Assembly: GCA_963666565.1 (NCBI GenBank)
Contig: OY762911.1
Span: 2,368,001 to 2,432,000 of the forward strand
Reading direction: 5' to 3'
DNA length: 64,000 nt
From: Thermoanaerobaculia bacterium
Lineage (GTDB): Bacteria > Acidobacteriota > Thermoanaerobaculia > Multivoradales > Multivoraceae
Shown one piece after another: positions 30,793-41,526 of this stretch. Positions within the stretch are counted from its first letter, which is position 1. Every line of letters starts with the position of its first letter. The position numbers and the translations under genes were made by a program. The notes beneath the pieces are model-generated. The model was given only the letters and a program-made list of their open reading frames with translations. It had not been told where the DNA came from and did no database searches.

Positions 30793-30934
30793 CTGGACTC
30801 TCCTCCCGGCGCGAACTGCGCCGGGGATCTGCGGCGCCGAACCGGGCGGTGCGAGTTCGGCGGCGCTGCTTCATGGGTGGGGTGGGGATGGCCGACTCCA
30901 CAACCGCGAGAAGCCTGACGTTCTGCCGGCCGGG

Positions 30935-32062
30935 TCAGGCGATGGCTTCGGCGACCTGTTCGTCGACGATCTCGCCGTCGTGGGTTACCACGCAACCCTT
31001 GACGATCTCGTTTTCGAAGTCGAAGCTCAACTCGCCGTCGACGAGCAGGTAGAGCACGAGCTTCTCGGCGTTGCGCGAGAACATGCGGCTGGCGTCGGCG
31101 GCGAGGTCGCTGGCCAGGTTGAGCGGGCCGAGGATCGTGACGCCGCTCACGTTGACCTCCTCCCCTGGCTTCGTCAGTTCGCAGTTGCCGCCTTGTTCGG
31201 CGGCCAGATCGACGATCAGCGAACCGTGCGGCATGCCCTCGACCATCCCGGCGGTGATCAGCCTGGGCGCCGGGCGACCCGGGATCAGCGCCGTGGTGAT
31301 GCAGGCGTCGGTCGAGCGCAGCCGCTCGGCGATCGCTTCGTTCGCCCGCCGCTGACTCTCCTCCGAGACCTCGCGGGCGTAGCCGCCCTCGGTCTCGGCG
31401 TCCTCGATCGCCGGCACCTCGACGAAGGAGGCGCCCAGGCTCTCGACCTGCTCCTTGACCACGGCGCGCACGTCGTAGGCCTCGACCACCGCGCCCAGCC
31501 GGTGCGCCGTGGCGATGGCCTGCAGTCCGGCGACGCCGGCGCCGAGCACCAGGATCCGGGCCGGGTCGATGCGCCCGGCGGCGGTCATCAGCAGCGGGAA
31601 GAACTGCGGCAGGCGGTAGGCGGCGAGCACCGCGGCGCGGTAGCCGGCGACGGTGCTCTGGGAACTCAGGACGTCCATCGACTGCGCGAGCGTGACGCGG
31701 GGAATCCGGTCGAGGGCGATCGCGGTGAGCCGCGCGGAACGGAGCTGCCGCACCATCGCCGCCGCGGTCAGCGGAAAGAGCAGGCCGACGACCGCCGCTC
31801 CCGCCTTCGACGCCTCGATCTCCGTGGCATCCGGCGCCTGGACGCGGACCACGAGATCGGCCGACGAGAGCACGTCCCCCGCCGTCGCGGCGATCTCGGC
31901 GCCGGCTTCGCGGTACGCGTCGTCGCTGAAACCGGCTGCCGCGCCGGCGCCCGCTTCGATCAGGAAGTCGACGCCCCTGGCGTGAATTCGGGCGACGCTC
32001 TCGGGAACCAGGGCGACCCGGCGCTCTCCCGGGTGCGTCTCGCGTACGACTCCGGCTCTCAT
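30935..32062 (-). CDS. pntA: NAD(P) transhydrogenase alpha subunit part 1
   Basis: ERRVALVPE, AQSMDVLSSQ, GAGVAGLQAIATA, GGYA, TTALIPGRPAP, DLAAEQGGNC. Confidence 0.96.
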   Translation of the reverse strand: MRAGVVRETHPGERRVALVPESVARIHARGVDFLIEAGAGAAAGFSDDAYREAGAEIAATAGDVLSSADLVVRVQAPDATEIEASKAGAAVVGLLFPLTAAAMVRQLRSARLTAIALDRIPRVTLAQSMDVLSSQSTVAGYRAAVLAAYRLPQFFPLLMTAAGRIDPARILVLGAGVAGLQAIATAHRLGAVVEAYDVRAVVKEQVESLGASFVEVPAIEDAETEGGYAREVSEESQRRANEAIAERLRSTDACITTALIPGRPAPRLITAGMVEGMPHGSLIVDLAAEQGGNCELTKPGEEVNVSGVTILGPLNLASDLAADASRMFSRNAEKLVLYLLVDGELSFDFENEIVKGCVVTHDGEIVDEQVAEAIA

Positions 32063-32135
32063 GTTCGCGCGCGAAGGTTATGTCCGGGAGGCGTCGCGTG
32101 CAAACGGGAGGGGAAGCTCGAACGCGCCGGAGGGC

Positions 32136-33392
32136 TCAGGGGGTTCCGAAGCCCGCGTCCTGGACGGCCGCCCTGAGGGCCGCGGCGGGCGCCGCGCCCC
32201 AGACCGTCGCCGTGCCGCCGGATAGGTCGACGCGGGCGGCCTCCACCCCCGGCGAGGCGAGCAGCGCGGACTCGACGGTCTCCACGCAGTGGCCGCAGGT
32301 CATGCCGGTCACCGCGATCTCCACCGCCCGGCCGCCCGGCTCGCCGGCGGCGACCTGCTCGGCGGCCCAGCGGTCCGCCCGCGCGTTCCGCCGCCAGCGG
32401 CCGAACTCCTGGGCGGCGAACCAGGCGAAGAGCGCGACGAGCAGGACGGCGGAGAGCGTGGCCCACCAGGCGTCCCCGTGTTCGTGCGTGCCGCTTCCCC
32501 CGAGCGTCGCGCCGCCGATCAGCCACTCGAAGAGCAGCGCGAAAAGGATGCTGCCGAGGATGACCGTCGAGAGATAGACCGCCGTCGTCTTGCGGCCGAA
32601 CGCCCGGTAGACGGCGCCGACGGTGGCGACGTTCGTCGCCGGGCCGGCCATCAGGAAGACGAGGGCGGCGCCCAGGGGCAGCCCGTTCGCGACGAGCGCG
32701 GCGGCGATGGGGACCGAGGCGGTCGCGCAGACGTAGAGCGGCAGGGACACGACGAGCGCGGCCGTGGCGGCGCCGAGCGTTCCCAGGGCGGCGAGATCGA
32801 GCCATGCCTGCTGCGGCAGGAGCATCTCGATGGCCGCCGAGACGAGCACGCCGACCGCCAGCCACCGCCAGATGCTCTGCAGCAGCTCGGTGCCGTGGGC
32901 GGTCATGTCCGAGATCTTCCGCAGGATCGGGTTGCCGGACCCGCCGTCGTCCTCGGCGTCGTCGTCGGCGGCGTCCGCTTCCTCCGCCGGGACCTCGTCC
33001 TTCATGCGCTCGACCCACCAGCCGCCGGCCACGCCGGTGACCGCCGCCGCGGCCACCTTGAACAGGGCGAACGGCCAGCCGAGGAAGGTCGCGCTGACCA
33101 GGATCGAGTCGACGCCCGTCTGCGGCGTGCTGATGAGGAAGCCCATCGCGGCGCCGTTGCTGGCGCCCGTGCGCTTCAGGCCGATTCCGGCCGGGATCAC
33201 GCCGCAGGAGCAGAGCGGCAGCGGCACGCCGAGAACGACCGCCTTCAGCGTCCCGCCGTAGCCGCTGAGCTGGCGGCGGATCAGGTTCTTCGGCAGGAGG
33301 ACGTGGAGGAGGGCGGCGAGCAGCGTGCCGAACAGGAGCCAGGGCGCAAGCTCGATGAGCACGTCCCACGTCGCGTGTCCGAAGTTCAGCAT
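32136..33392 (-). CDS. ArsP/DUF318-type (SO_0444-like) metal permease with C-terminal HMA domain
   Basis: GVPLPLCSCGVIP, FLISTPQTGVDS, PLYVCATASVP, FLMAGPATN; C-terminal GMTCGHC. Confidence 0.9.
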   Translation of the reverse strand: MLNFGHATWDVLIELAPWLLFGTLLAALLHVLLPKNLIRRQLSGYGGTLKAVVLGVPLPLCSCGVIPAGIGLKRTGASNGAAMGFLISTPQTGVDSILVSATFLGWPFALFKVAAAAVTGVAGGWWVERMKDEVPAEEADAADDDAEDDGGSGNPILRKISDMTAHGTELLQSIWRWLAVGVLVSAAIEMLLPQQAWLDLAALGTLGAATAALVVSLPLYVCATASVPIAAALVANGLPLGAALVFLMAGPATNVATVGAVYRAFGRKTTAVYLSTVILGSILFALLFEWLIGGATLGGSGTHEHGDAWWATLSAVLLVALFAWFAAQEFGRWRRNARADRWAAEQVAAGEPGGRAVEIAVTGMTCGHCVETVESALLASPGVEAARVDLSGGTATVWGAAPAAALRAAVQDAGFGTP

Positions 33393-33430
33393 GGTTCCGA
33401 TACCTTATCGCCACTTGGTTGCGCCGATTC

Positions 33431-33444
33431 TTAGTGTAGACTAA
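33431..33444. promoter_or_regulatory. Candidate DtxR/MntR-family operator in divergent promoter
   Basis: AT-rich palindrome TTAGT-GTAG-ACTAA between the permease and the DtxR-like gene. Confidence 0.6.
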
Positions 33445-33500
33445 AACTCTGATTCGCGGCGGCGAATGCCCGATCCGCCGTCCGCGCCCGTCGAAGCGAC

Positions 33501-34547
33501 ATGAACCCCCTGCTCGCCCTCCTCGTCCTGGCCGCGGTCGTCGCGCTGGCCGTCCTCGTGGCGCGGCCCGACGACGGCTGGCTCTGGCGCTGGCGCCTCG
33601 GCTGGCGGACGCTCCAGCGCGCCCGCACCGAGGACGCCCTGAAGCACCTCTTCGACTGCGAGTACCAGGGGCGGCTGGCGACGCACCAGAGCCTCGTCGG
33701 CGTGCTGCGGCTGGGCGGCCGGCGCGGCGCCGAGCTGATCGCCCGCATGGAGGCGCTGGGGCTCCTGGTGTCGGCCGAGGGGGGCTTCCGTCTGACCGAC
33801 GAGGGCCGCGGCGAGGCGTTGCGGGTCATCCGCATCCACCGGCTGTGGGAACGCTACTTCGCCGACGAGACGGGGCTCGAACCGCGGCGCTGGCACCCGG
33901 AGGCCGAGCGCCGCGAGCACCTGACCTCGCCCGCCCAGGCGGACGATCTGTCCGTGCGCCTCGGCCATCCCCGCTTCGACCCGCACGGCGACCCGATTCC
34001 CACGCCGGAGGGCGAGCTGCCGCCGCCGGCCGGACGAGCCTTGACGGACTTCGCGGCGGGCGACGAAGTCGAGGTGGTCCACGTCGAGGACGAACCGGAC
34101 GCGGTCTACGCCCAACTCGTCGCCGAGGGGATTCACCCCGGCATGAGGCTGCGGGTCGTTTCGGTGGCGCCGGAGCGCATCCGCTTCGTGGCGGACTTCG
34201 ACGAGGTGGTGCTGGCCCCGGTCATTGCGGCCAACGTCTTCGGGGCGCCGGTCGCGGAGGCGGCGGACGACGAGGCGACGCGGGACGAAGTCGGCGCGGT
34301 TCCGCTCTCGAGCGTCGGCGTCGGCGAGCGGGCGCAGGTGCTCGGCTTCTCGCGCTTCTGCCGCGGTATGGAGCGCCGCCGGCTGCTCGATCTGGGCCTG
34401 CTTCCGGGCACGCTGGTGGAGGCGAAGATGACCAGCCCGTCGGGCGATCCGATCGCCTACCGGGTGCGCGGCGCAGTGATCGCCCTGCGCCGTTCGCAGG
34501 CCGAGCAGATCCGCGTCGAACAGGTTGCCCAGGAGGTTACGGCATGA
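33501..34547 (+). CDS. DtxR/MntR-like metalloregulator with N-terminal TM helix and two FeoA domains
   Basis: [42 protein letters not shown]; two FeoA-like domains ([11 protein letters not shown]...[17 protein letters not shown]). Confidence 0.88.
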   Translation: MNPLLALLVLAAVVALAVLVARPDDGWLWRWRLGWRTLQRARTEDALKHLFDCEYQGRLATHQSLVGVLRLGGRRGAELIARMEALGLLVSAEGGFRLTDEGRGEALRVIRIHRLWERYFADETGLEPRRWHPEAERREHLTSPAQADDLSVRLGHPRFDPHGDPIPTPEGELPPPAGRALTDFAAGDEVEVVHVEDEPDAVYAQLVAEGIHPGMRLRVVSVAPERIRFVADFDEVVLAPVIAANVFGAPVAEAADDEATRDEVGAVPLSSVGVGERAQVLGFSRFCRGMERRRLLDLGLLPGTLVEAKMTSPSGDPIAYRVRGAVIALRRSQAEQIRVEQVAQEVTA

Positions 34548-36994
34548 CCCAGCCCGCGCTTGCCCACGACTGCTCCAACTGCCCGGCGCACCATTCCGGC
34601 AACCTCGTCCGGCTCGGCGTCGACATGAGCGACTGGGACTACGTCGTCGCGCTGGCCGGCAATCCGAACACCGGCAAGAGCACGGTGTTCAACGCGCTGA
34701 CCGGCCTGCGCCAGCACACCGGCAACTGGCCCGGCAAGACGGTGACCCGCGCCGAGGGCGGCTTCGAGGTCGGCGGCGACCGCTTCAAGCTGGTCGACCT
34801 GCCGGGCACCTACTCGCTGCTCTCGTCCAGCCTCGACGAGGAGACGGCGCGCGACTTCATCCTCTTCGGACGGCCGGACGTGACTGTGATCGTCGTCGAC
34901 GCGACGCGGCTGGAGCGGAACCTGAACCTGGCGCTCCAGGTGCTGGAGATCACGGACCGGGCCGTCGTCTGCCTCAACCTGATGGACGAGGCGCGGCGCC
35001 AGGGCCTGGACGTCGACGCGCGGCGTCTGGCGCGGGATCTGGGCGTGCCGGTGGTGGCGACGGCGGCCCGCTCGGGCGAGGGGCTGGACGAGCTGAACCG
35101 GACGATCGCCGAAGTCGCTTCCGGCGCCTACCGCTGCCGGCCGCGGCGGGTCGGCGGCCGGTCGCCGGCGCTGCGCGAAGCGACCCGCAGCCTGTCGGGC
35201 GCGATCCAGGACGCGTTTCCGACGCTGCCGAACCCGCAGTGGGTGGCGCTTCGGCTGCTGGACGGGGACCCGACCTTGGCCGCGGCCGTGGAGAGCGGTT
35301 CGCTCGCCGAACTCGTCGATCCGGAAGTGCCGGAGGATGCGGGCGGCGAGGCGATCCCGGTTGGTGGCGACCCGCTCCTGGCTGCCGGCGAGGCGTTCCG
35401 GGCTGGCGGGAAGGGGCTCTCGGAAGGCGGCGAGGTGTTCCGGCCCGGTGGCGAGGCGTTCCCGGTTGATGGGGAGGCGCTAACGACCGGTGGCGAGGCC
35501 GCCGCTCGCTCGGTTACGGAACCGCGGGCGACCCGGGCGGCCGCCATCGAGATCGCCGAGTCGCAAGCCGCAGCGGATCCCGCGGCTCGCGCCGCGGTGC
35601 TCGAACTGGCCGGCCAGCTCCGCTGGCGGGTGGGCCGCAACTTCCACCAGGCGCTGACCGAGGCCGTCTTCGCCGAGGCAGCCCGCATCGCCGACCGCGC
35701 CGTGACGCGGGACGGCGAGCGCGGCCGCTTCGACTTCGACGCCCGGCTCGACCGGCTCGTGACGAGCCGCGTGTTCGGCTTCCCGCTCATGCTGCTCATG
35801 CTGACCGTCGTCTTCTGGCTCACGATCGCCGGTGCCAACGTGCCGTCGTCGATGCTCGCGACGCTCCTGATCGACACCGTGCATCCGCTGCTCAAGCAGG
35901 TGGCTTCCGCCTTCGGCCTGGTCTGGTGGCTCGACGGATTGCTGATCGACGGCGTGTACCTGGCCACTGCCTGGGTCGTGGCGGTGATGCTGCCGCCGAT
36001 GGCCATCTTCTTCCCGCTGTTCACGCTGCTGGAGGACTTCGGCTACCTGCCGCGGGTGGCGTTCAACCTCGACCGGATGTTCCACCGCGTCGGCGCCCAC
36101 GGCAAGCAGGCGCTGACGATGGCGATGGGCTGGGGCTGCAACGCGGCGGCGATCGTCTCGACCCGGATCATCGACAGCCCGCGCGAGCGCCTGATCGCGA
36201 TCGTCACGAACAACTTCTCGCTCTGCAACGGCCGCTGGCCGACGCAGATCCTGATCGCCTCCATCTTCATCGGCGGCCTCGTGCCGGCCCACCTCGCCGG
36301 CGCCGTCTCGGCCCTGTCGGTCGTGGGCGTCGCGGTGCTCGGCGTGTTCCTGACCTTCGCCGTGTCCTGGCTGCTGTCGCGCACCGTCCTGCGCGGCGAG
36401 GCGTCCGCGTTCTCGCTGGAACTGCCGCCCTACCGCCCGCCGCGGGTGCTGCAGACGATCTACACCTCGATCATCGACCGGACGCTGATCGTCCTCTGGC
36501 GCGCCGTCATCTTCGCGGCGCCGGCCGGGGCGGTCATCTGGCTGCTCAGCAACATCCAGGCGGGCGACGGATCCTTGGCTGCGTGGCTGATCGGCGCTCT
36601 CGACCCGTTCGGTTTCGCCCTCGGCCTGTCCGGGATCATCCTCGTCGCCTACATCATCGCCGTGCCGGCGAACGAGATCGTCATCCCGACGATCCTCATG
36701 CTGACCGTGCTGGTGGCCGGGGTGCCCGGCGTCGGCGCCGGGGCCGGCGTGATGTTCGAGCTGGACTCCGAGGTCGCCACCGCCCGCGTGCTGGAGGCCG
36801 GCGGCTTCACCCTGCTCACCGCCGTCTGCCTGATGCTCTTCTCCCTCGTCCACAACCCCTGCTCGACGACGCTGTACACGATCTGGAAGGAGACCCGCAG
36901 CGTCCGCTGGACCGCGGTCTCGGCCCTGCTGCCGGTGGCGATGGGCCTGCTGCTCTGCTTCGTCGTGGCGCAGGTCTGGAGAGCGCTGAGCTAG
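34544..36994 (+). CDS. feoB: Ferrous iron transporter FeoB
   Basis: [58 protein letters not shown]; ATGA-coupled to the regulator. Confidence 0.95.
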   Translation: MTQPALAHDCSNCPAHHSGNLVRLGVDMSDWDYVVALAGNPNTGKSTVFNALTGLRQHTGNWPGKTVTRAEGGFEVGGDRFKLVDLPGTYSLLSSSLDEETARDFILFGRPDVTVIVVDATRLERNLNLALQVLEITDRAVVCLNLMDEARRQGLDVDARRLARDLGVPVVATAARSGEGLDELNRTIAEVASGAYRCRPRRVGGRSPALREATRSLSGAIQDAFPTLPNPQWVALRLLDGDPTLAAAVESGSLAELVDPEVPEDAGGEAIPVGGDPLLAAGEAFRAGGKGLSEGGEVFRPGGEAFPVDGEALTTGGEAAARSVTEPRATRAAAIEIAESQAAADPAARAAVLELAGQLRWRVGRNFHQALTEAVFAEAARIADRAVTRDGERGRFDFDARLDRLVTSRVFGFPLMLLMLTVVFWLTIAGANVPSSMLATLLIDTVHPLLKQVASAFGLVWWLDGLLIDGVYLATAWVVAVMLPPMAIFFPLFTLLEDFGYLPRVAFNLDRMFHRVGAHGKQALTMAMGWGCNAAAIVSTRIIDSPRERLIAIVTNNFSLCNGRWPTQILIASIFIGGLVPAHLAGAVSALSVVGVAVLGVFLTFAVSWLLSRTVLRGEASAFSLELPPYRPPRVLQTIYTSIIDRTLIVLWRAVIFAAPAGAVIWLLSNIQAGDGSLAAWLIGALDPFGFALGLSGIILVAYIIAVPANEIVIPTILMLTVLVAGVPGVGAGAGVMFELDSEVATARVLEAGGFTLLTAVCLMLFSLVHNPCSTTLYTIWKETRSVRWTAVSALLPVAMGLLLCFVVAQVWRALS
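35342..35509 (+). repeat. Degenerate 21-bp (7-aa) tandem repeat x8 inside feoB
   Basis: [56 protein letters not shown]. Confidence 0.8.
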
Positions 36995-37125
36995 CGGCGG
37001 AACGCTGGAGCCGCCAACCTGTCGCAGGCCTCGTTCTGCCAGGGTGCCGACGTCCAGCCCTGACCCAAGACGGGCGGGTGCGTCCGACGCCGCTTCGACG
37101 CGGTCGGAGCCCTGCGGGACGAGCG

Positions 37126-37368
37126 CTACTTGCGGCCGTACCGGCGCTGGAACTTCTCGATCTGGCCGGCGCTGTCGACGAAGTGCTGGCGGCCCGTGTA
37201 GAACGGGTGCGACGCCGACGAGATCTCGAGCCGGATCTCGTAGTGCTCGACGCCGTCGATGTCCCGGGTCTTGTCGCTCGTCATCGTCGACTGGGAGATG
37301 AACTCCGCGTTGGCCGACGGATCGATGAACACGACCGGGTGGAGCTCGGGGTGCATGTCGCTCTTCAT
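37126..37368 (-). CDS. rpmE2: 50S ribosomal protein L31 type B (zinc-free)
   Basis: [16 protein letters not shown]...[27 protein letters not shown]; no cysteines. Confidence 0.95.
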   Translation of the reverse strand: MKSDMHPELHPVVFIDPSANAEFISQSTMTSDKTRDIDGVEHYEIRLEISSASHPFYTGRQHFVDSAGQIEKFQRRYGRK

Positions 37369-37455
37369 GGTGGTCTCGCTGGTGTTGGGCTCGGAGGGCG
37401 GATGCGGTTCTACGCCGCCGAGGGCGGGCGATGATAACCGACTTCTCGTCTGGCT

Positions 37456-37650
37456 GGGTGCGCGGGCCTTCCGACCCGCCGGGTGCGCGGGTCTTCCGAC
37501 CCGCCGGGTGCGCGGGTCTTCCGACCCGCCGGGTGCGCGGGTCTTCCGACCCGCCGGGTGCGCGGGTCTTCCGACCCGCCGGGTGCGCGGGTCTTCTGAC
37601 CCGCTGCCGGCGCAGCCGGCCTGAAAACGCGCCGGCCGTCAGGCCGGCTC
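37456..37650 (+). repeat. Six head-to-tail 25-bp REP-like units plus extended tail
   Basis: (GGGTGCGCGGGTCTTCCGACCCGCC)x6 at 37456-37605, no spacers; tail GCCGGCGCAGCCGGCC...GCCGTCAGGCCGGCTCC also seen near 55620 and 58105. Confidence 0.95.
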
Positions 37651-37653
37651 CGT

Positions 37654-40329
37654 TCACACCACGATGTTCACCAGCCTCCCCGGCACCACGATCACCTTGC
37701 GCGGTTCCTTGCCGTCCATGAAGCGCCGCGCGTTCCCGGACGCCAGGGCCAGCTCCTCCAGGGTCTCCCGGTCCGCGTCGGCCGCGACCTGAAGCACGTC
37801 CCGCTTCTTGCCCATCACCTGAACCACGACGTTGATCGTCTCGTCGACCACCAGGGCCGGGTCGTAGGCGGGCCACTCCTGGTGGCAGACGAGGCCCTCG
37901 CCGCCGAGACGGGACCACAGTTCCTCGGCGAGGTGCGGCGCGAACGGCGACAGGATGCGCAGGAACGCGTCGAGCGACCGGCGCGGCACGCTCTCGGCGG
38001 CGGTCGCCGCGTTGACCCAGATCATCATCTGCGAGATGGCGGTGTTCATGTCGAGCGAGTCGATGTCCTCGCCGACCTTGCGGATCGTCTTGTGGAGCAG
38101 GCGGTCCAGCTCGCTTGCGGGCGCCGGCTCGTCGCCGCCGGTCCGCTCCCGGCCGTCCTCGGCCTGCTGGCTGCCCGTCCGCTCGCCGCTGCCTTGGGTG
38201 CCGCCGCCCGTGCGCTCGTCCGCGACCTTTCCGGCGACGCCGCCGGTCCGCTCGTCGACCACAAGGCGCCAGGTCCGGCTCAGGAACCGGTGGACGCCGT
38301 CGACGTCCTTCGTCTGCCACGGCTTCTGCTGGTGGAGCGGCCCCATGAACAGCTCGTGCAGGCGCAGCGAGTCGGCGCCCCAGCGTTCGATGATGTCGTC
38401 CGGGTTGGCGACGTTCAGCTTCGACTTGGACATCTTCTCGACCCGCGCTTCGAGCGGCTCGTCGCTGCCGGCGAGGAACGCCCGGTCGCCGCGCCAGTCC
38501 ACGCTGTCGGGGTGGTGGTACTTGCCGCCCCGGTCGCGGTAGCTGTAGGCCAGGATCATCCCCTGGTTGAACAGGCGGGCGAACGGCTCGGAGGTCGAGA
38601 CCAGGCCCGCGTCGTACAGCACCTTCTGCCAGAAGCGCGCGTAGAGCAGGTGCAGCACCGCGTGCTCGACGCCGCCGATGTAGAGGTCCACCGGCATCCA
38701 GTAGCGCTCCAGCTCCGGCGACCACGGCGCCTCCGCGTTCTTCGGGTCGATGTAGCGCAGGAAGTACCAGCAGGAGCCGGCCCACTGGGGCATCGTGTTC
38801 GTCTCGCGCCGCGCCTTGCGGCCGTCCGGCAGGCTGACGACGAGCCAGTCGTCGCCGGCGCGGGCGAGCGGCGGCCGGCCGTCGGCGGTGGGCTTGAACT
38901 CGTCGACCTCGGGCAGCGCGACCGGCAGGTCCTCGCGCGGCACCGGCAGGATCTCGCCGGTCGGCTCGCCGTCGTCGTCGAGCACGTGGAGCACCGGGAA
39001 GGGCTCGCCCCAGTAGCGCTGGCGTGAGAACAGCCAGTCCCGCAGCCGGTACTCGACCCGGCGGTCGCCGTGGCCGGTCTCGACCAGCCACTCGATCATC
39101 CGCTCCTTCGCGTCGGCGACGCCGAGGCCGTTGAGGAAGCCGCTGTTGATCGCGGGGCCGTCCTCCAGGTACGCGTCGCCCTCCCAGCCGTCCGGCGGCG
39201 CCACCGTGCGGACGATCGGCAGCCCGAACTCCACGGCGAAGTCCCAGTCGCGCTGGTCCTGGCCGGGGACGCCCATGATCGCGCCCGAGCCGTAGCTCAT
39301 CAGCACGTAGTCGGCGACCCAGATCGGGATCGGCTCGCCGGTGGCCGGGTTCGTGGCGTGGGCGCCGGTGAACACGCCGGTCTTGCTCTTGGCCAGGTCG
39401 GTCCGCTGCAGTTCGCTCTTGTTGACCGCTTCCTGGACGTAGGCGTCTACCGCGTCGCGCTGCGCGGCGGTGGTGATCGCCGCAACGAGCGGATGCTCCG
39501 GCGCCAGCACGCAGTAGGTCGCCCCGAACAGCGTGTCGGGCCGCGTCGTGAACACGGGGAAGCTCTCGTCCGCGCCGGCAATGGGCATCCGGATCTCGGC
39601 GCCGTGGGACTTGCCGATCCAGTTGCGCTGCATCTCCTTGACGTACTCCGGCCAGTCGACTTGGTCGAGGTCGTCGAGCAGGCGCTCGGCGTAGGCGGTG
39701 ATCCGGAGCATCCACTGCCGCATCGTCCGCCGCTCGACCGCGTCGCCGGTGTCGACGTAGGCGCCGTCCTTGACCTCCTCGTTGGCCAGCACCGTGCCCA
39801 GCGCCGGGCACCACCACACCGGAACGTCCTCCAGGTAGGCGAGGCCGCGCCGGTGGAGCTCGAGGAAGATCCACTGCGTCCAGCGGTAGTAGTCCGCCGA
39901 CGACGTGTCGACCTCGCGCTCCCAGTCGTACGAGAAGCCGAGGCGCTCGATCTGGCGGCGGAAGTTGGCGATGTTGCGCCGCGTGATGAGCCGCGGATGC
40001 TGGTTCTCGCGCACCGCCGCGCGCTCGGCCGGCAGGCCGAAGGCGTCCCAGCCCATCGGGTGGAGCACGTTGTAGCCCTCCATCCGCCGCTTGCGCGCCA
40101 CCACGTCGGTCGCCGTGTACCCCTCCGGGTGGCCGATGTGCAGCCCCGCGCCCGACGGGTACGGGAACATGTCGAGGACGTAGTACTTCGGCCGGCTCTT
40201 CAGGAGTTCCGGGTCGTCCGGCGTGCGGAAAGCGGTCCTCTCGCGCCAGATCCGCTGCCATTTCGGCTCGATCTCGGCGGCGTCGTAGAGGTGCCTGCGG
40301 GGCCTGGATGGCTGGTCGTTCGTCGTCAT
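37654..40329 (-). CDS. leuS: Leucine--tRNA ligase
   Basis: MFPYPSGAGLHIGH, GWDAFGLPAE, FTTRPDT editing domain, SRQRYWGEP, GGVEHAVLHLLYARF, KMSKS; likely start ATG 40329. Confidence 0.98.
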   Translation of the reverse strand: MTTNDQPSRPRRHLYDAAEIEPKWQRIWRERTAFRTPDDPELLKSRPKYYVLDMFPYPSGAGLHIGHPEGYTATDVVARKRRMEGYNVLHPMGWDAFGLPAERAAVRENQHPRLITRRNIANFRRQIERLGFSYDWEREVDTSSADYYRWTQWIFLELHRRGLAYLEDVPVWWCPALGTVLANEEVKDGAYVDTGDAVERRTMRQWMLRITAYAERLLDDLDQVDWPEYVKEMQRNWIGKSHGAEIRMPIAGADESFPVFTTRPDTLFGATYCVLAPEHPLVAAITTAAQRDAVDAYVQEAVNKSELQRTDLAKSKTGVFTGAHATNPATGEPIPIWVADYVLMSYGSGAIMGVPGQDQRDWDFAVEFGLPIVRTVAPPDGWEGDAYLEDGPAINSGFLNGLGVADAKERMIEWLVETGHGDRRVEYRLRDWLFSRQRYWGEPFPVLHVLDDDGEPTGEILPVPREDLPVALPEVDEFKPTADGRPPLARAGDDWLVVSLPDGRKARRETNTMPQWAGSCWYFLRYIDPKNAEAPWSPELERYWMPVDLYIGGVEHAVLHLLYARFWQKVLYDAGLVSTSEPFARLFNQGMILAYSYRDRGGKYHHPDSVDWRGDRAFLAGSDEPLEARVEKMSKSKLNVANPDDIIERWGADSLRLHELFMGPLHQQKPWQTKDVDGVHRFLSRTWRLVVDERTGGVAGKVADERTGGGTQGSGERTGSQQAEDGRERTGGDEPAPASELDRLLHKTIRKVGEDIDSLDMNTAISQMMIWVNAATAAESVPRRSLDAFLRILSPFAPHLAEELWSRLGGEGLVCHQEWPAYDPALVVDETINVVVQVMGKKRDVLQVAADADRETLEELALASGNARRFMDGKEPRKVIVVPGRLVNIVV

Positions 40330-40389
40330 CGTCGTTACCGCCGCACGGCAGCAAAGTGTACCGGCTGCTTCCGCTACCATCCCTGGGCG

Positions 40390-41526
40390 ATGGATTCGCT
40401 GCACGAACAGATGACCTCCTGGCGCCGGGACCTCCACCGCCACCCGGAACTCGCCTTCGAGGAGAAGGAGACGAGCCGCAAGGTGGCCGCGCTGCTCGAG
40501 TCCTTCGGCGGCATCGAGGTTCACCGCGGCCTCGCCGGCACCGGGGTCGTCGGCGTGCTGAAGTCCGGCTCGTCGGACCGCAGCATCGCGCTCCGCGCGG
40601 ACATGGACGCGCTGCCGATCGAGGAGGAGAACGAGTTCGAGCACCGCTCGCAAAACCCCGGCAAGATGCACGCCTGCGGCCACGACGGCCACACGGCGAT
40701 GCTGCTGGGCGCCGCGAAGCACCTCACCGAGAACCGCTCCTTCGACGGCACGGTCTACTTCTTCTTCCAGCCGGCGGAGGAGAAAGACGGCGGCGCCCGC
40801 GTGATGATCGAGGAAGGGCTGTTCGAGCAGTTCCCCGCCGGGGAGGTCTACGGCGTCCACAACTATCCGGGGATGGAAGTGGGCAACTTCGGCCTCTGCG
40901 CCGGCCCGATGATGGCCGCCATCGACGTCTTCGAGTTCGCCGTCACCAGTGCCGGCGGCCACGCCGCGTTCCCTCACGGCACGGTGGATCCCATCCCGAT
41001 CGGCGCCGAGATCGTCCTCGCCCTGCAGACGATCGTGGCCCGCAACGTGGACCCGCTCCACAGCGCGGTGATCACGGTGGCCCGCGTCCACGGCGGCCAC
41101 GCGGACAACGTGATCCCGAGCCGCGTCGTCCACGGCGGTTGCGTCCGGGCGTTCCTGCCCGAGGTGCAGAAGCTCGTCGAACGACGGATGCGCCAGATCG
41201 GCCGCGGCATCTGCACCGCCCACGGCGCCGGCTTCGAGTTCCAGTATCGCCACTACTACCCGGCTACCGTCAACCACGCCGAGCAGACCGAGAAGGCCGC
41301 CAACGCCGCCCGCGAAGTCGGCCGGGAAGTCACCACCAGCCTCGCCCCCGTGATGGGCTCCGAAGACTTCGCCTACATGCTCCAGGAACGCCCCGGCGCC
41401 TTCATGTTCCTCGGCAACGGCGACAGCGCCGGCCTCCACACCCCCCGCTACGACTTCAACGACGACATCCTGCCCGTCGGCATGCGCTACTGGACCACGC
41501 TGGTCGAGACGCAGTTGTGGGCGTAG
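40390..41526 (+). CDS. M20 amidohydrolase (hippurate hydrolase/aminoacylase-like)
   Basis: RRDLHRHPELAFEE, LRADMDALP, MHACGHDGH, FQPAEE, GSEDFAY, LHTPRYDFND. Confidence 0.95.
   Translation: MDSLHEQMTSWRRDLHRHPELAFEEKETSRKVAALLESFGGIEVHRGLAGTGVVGVLKSGSSDRSIALRADMDALPIEEENEFEHRSQNPGKMHACGHDGHTAMLLGAAKHLTENRSFDGTVYFFFQPAEEKDGGARVMIEEGLFEQFPAGEVYGVHNYPGMEVGNFGLCAGPMMAAIDVFEFAVTSAGGHAAFPHGTVDPIPIGAEIVLALQTIVARNVDPLHSAVITVARVHGGHADNVIPSRVVHGGCVRAFLPEVQKLVERRMRQIGRGICTAHGAGFEFQYRHYYPATVNHAEQTEKAANAAREVGREVTTSLAPVMGSEDFAYMLQERPGAFMFLGNGDSAGLHTPRYDFNDDILPVGMRYWTTLVETQLWA

Noticed and set aside
33845-34543. Apparent N-terminal extension of FeoB (1049-aa ORF)
   Set aside because: Overlaps the DtxR-FeoA gene off-frame; AGGAGG RBS and ATGA overlap place the start at 34544.
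37456-37605. Tandem 25-bp palindromic array as a CRISPR array
   Set aside because: Units are contiguous with no spacers and match the dispersed REP-like family.
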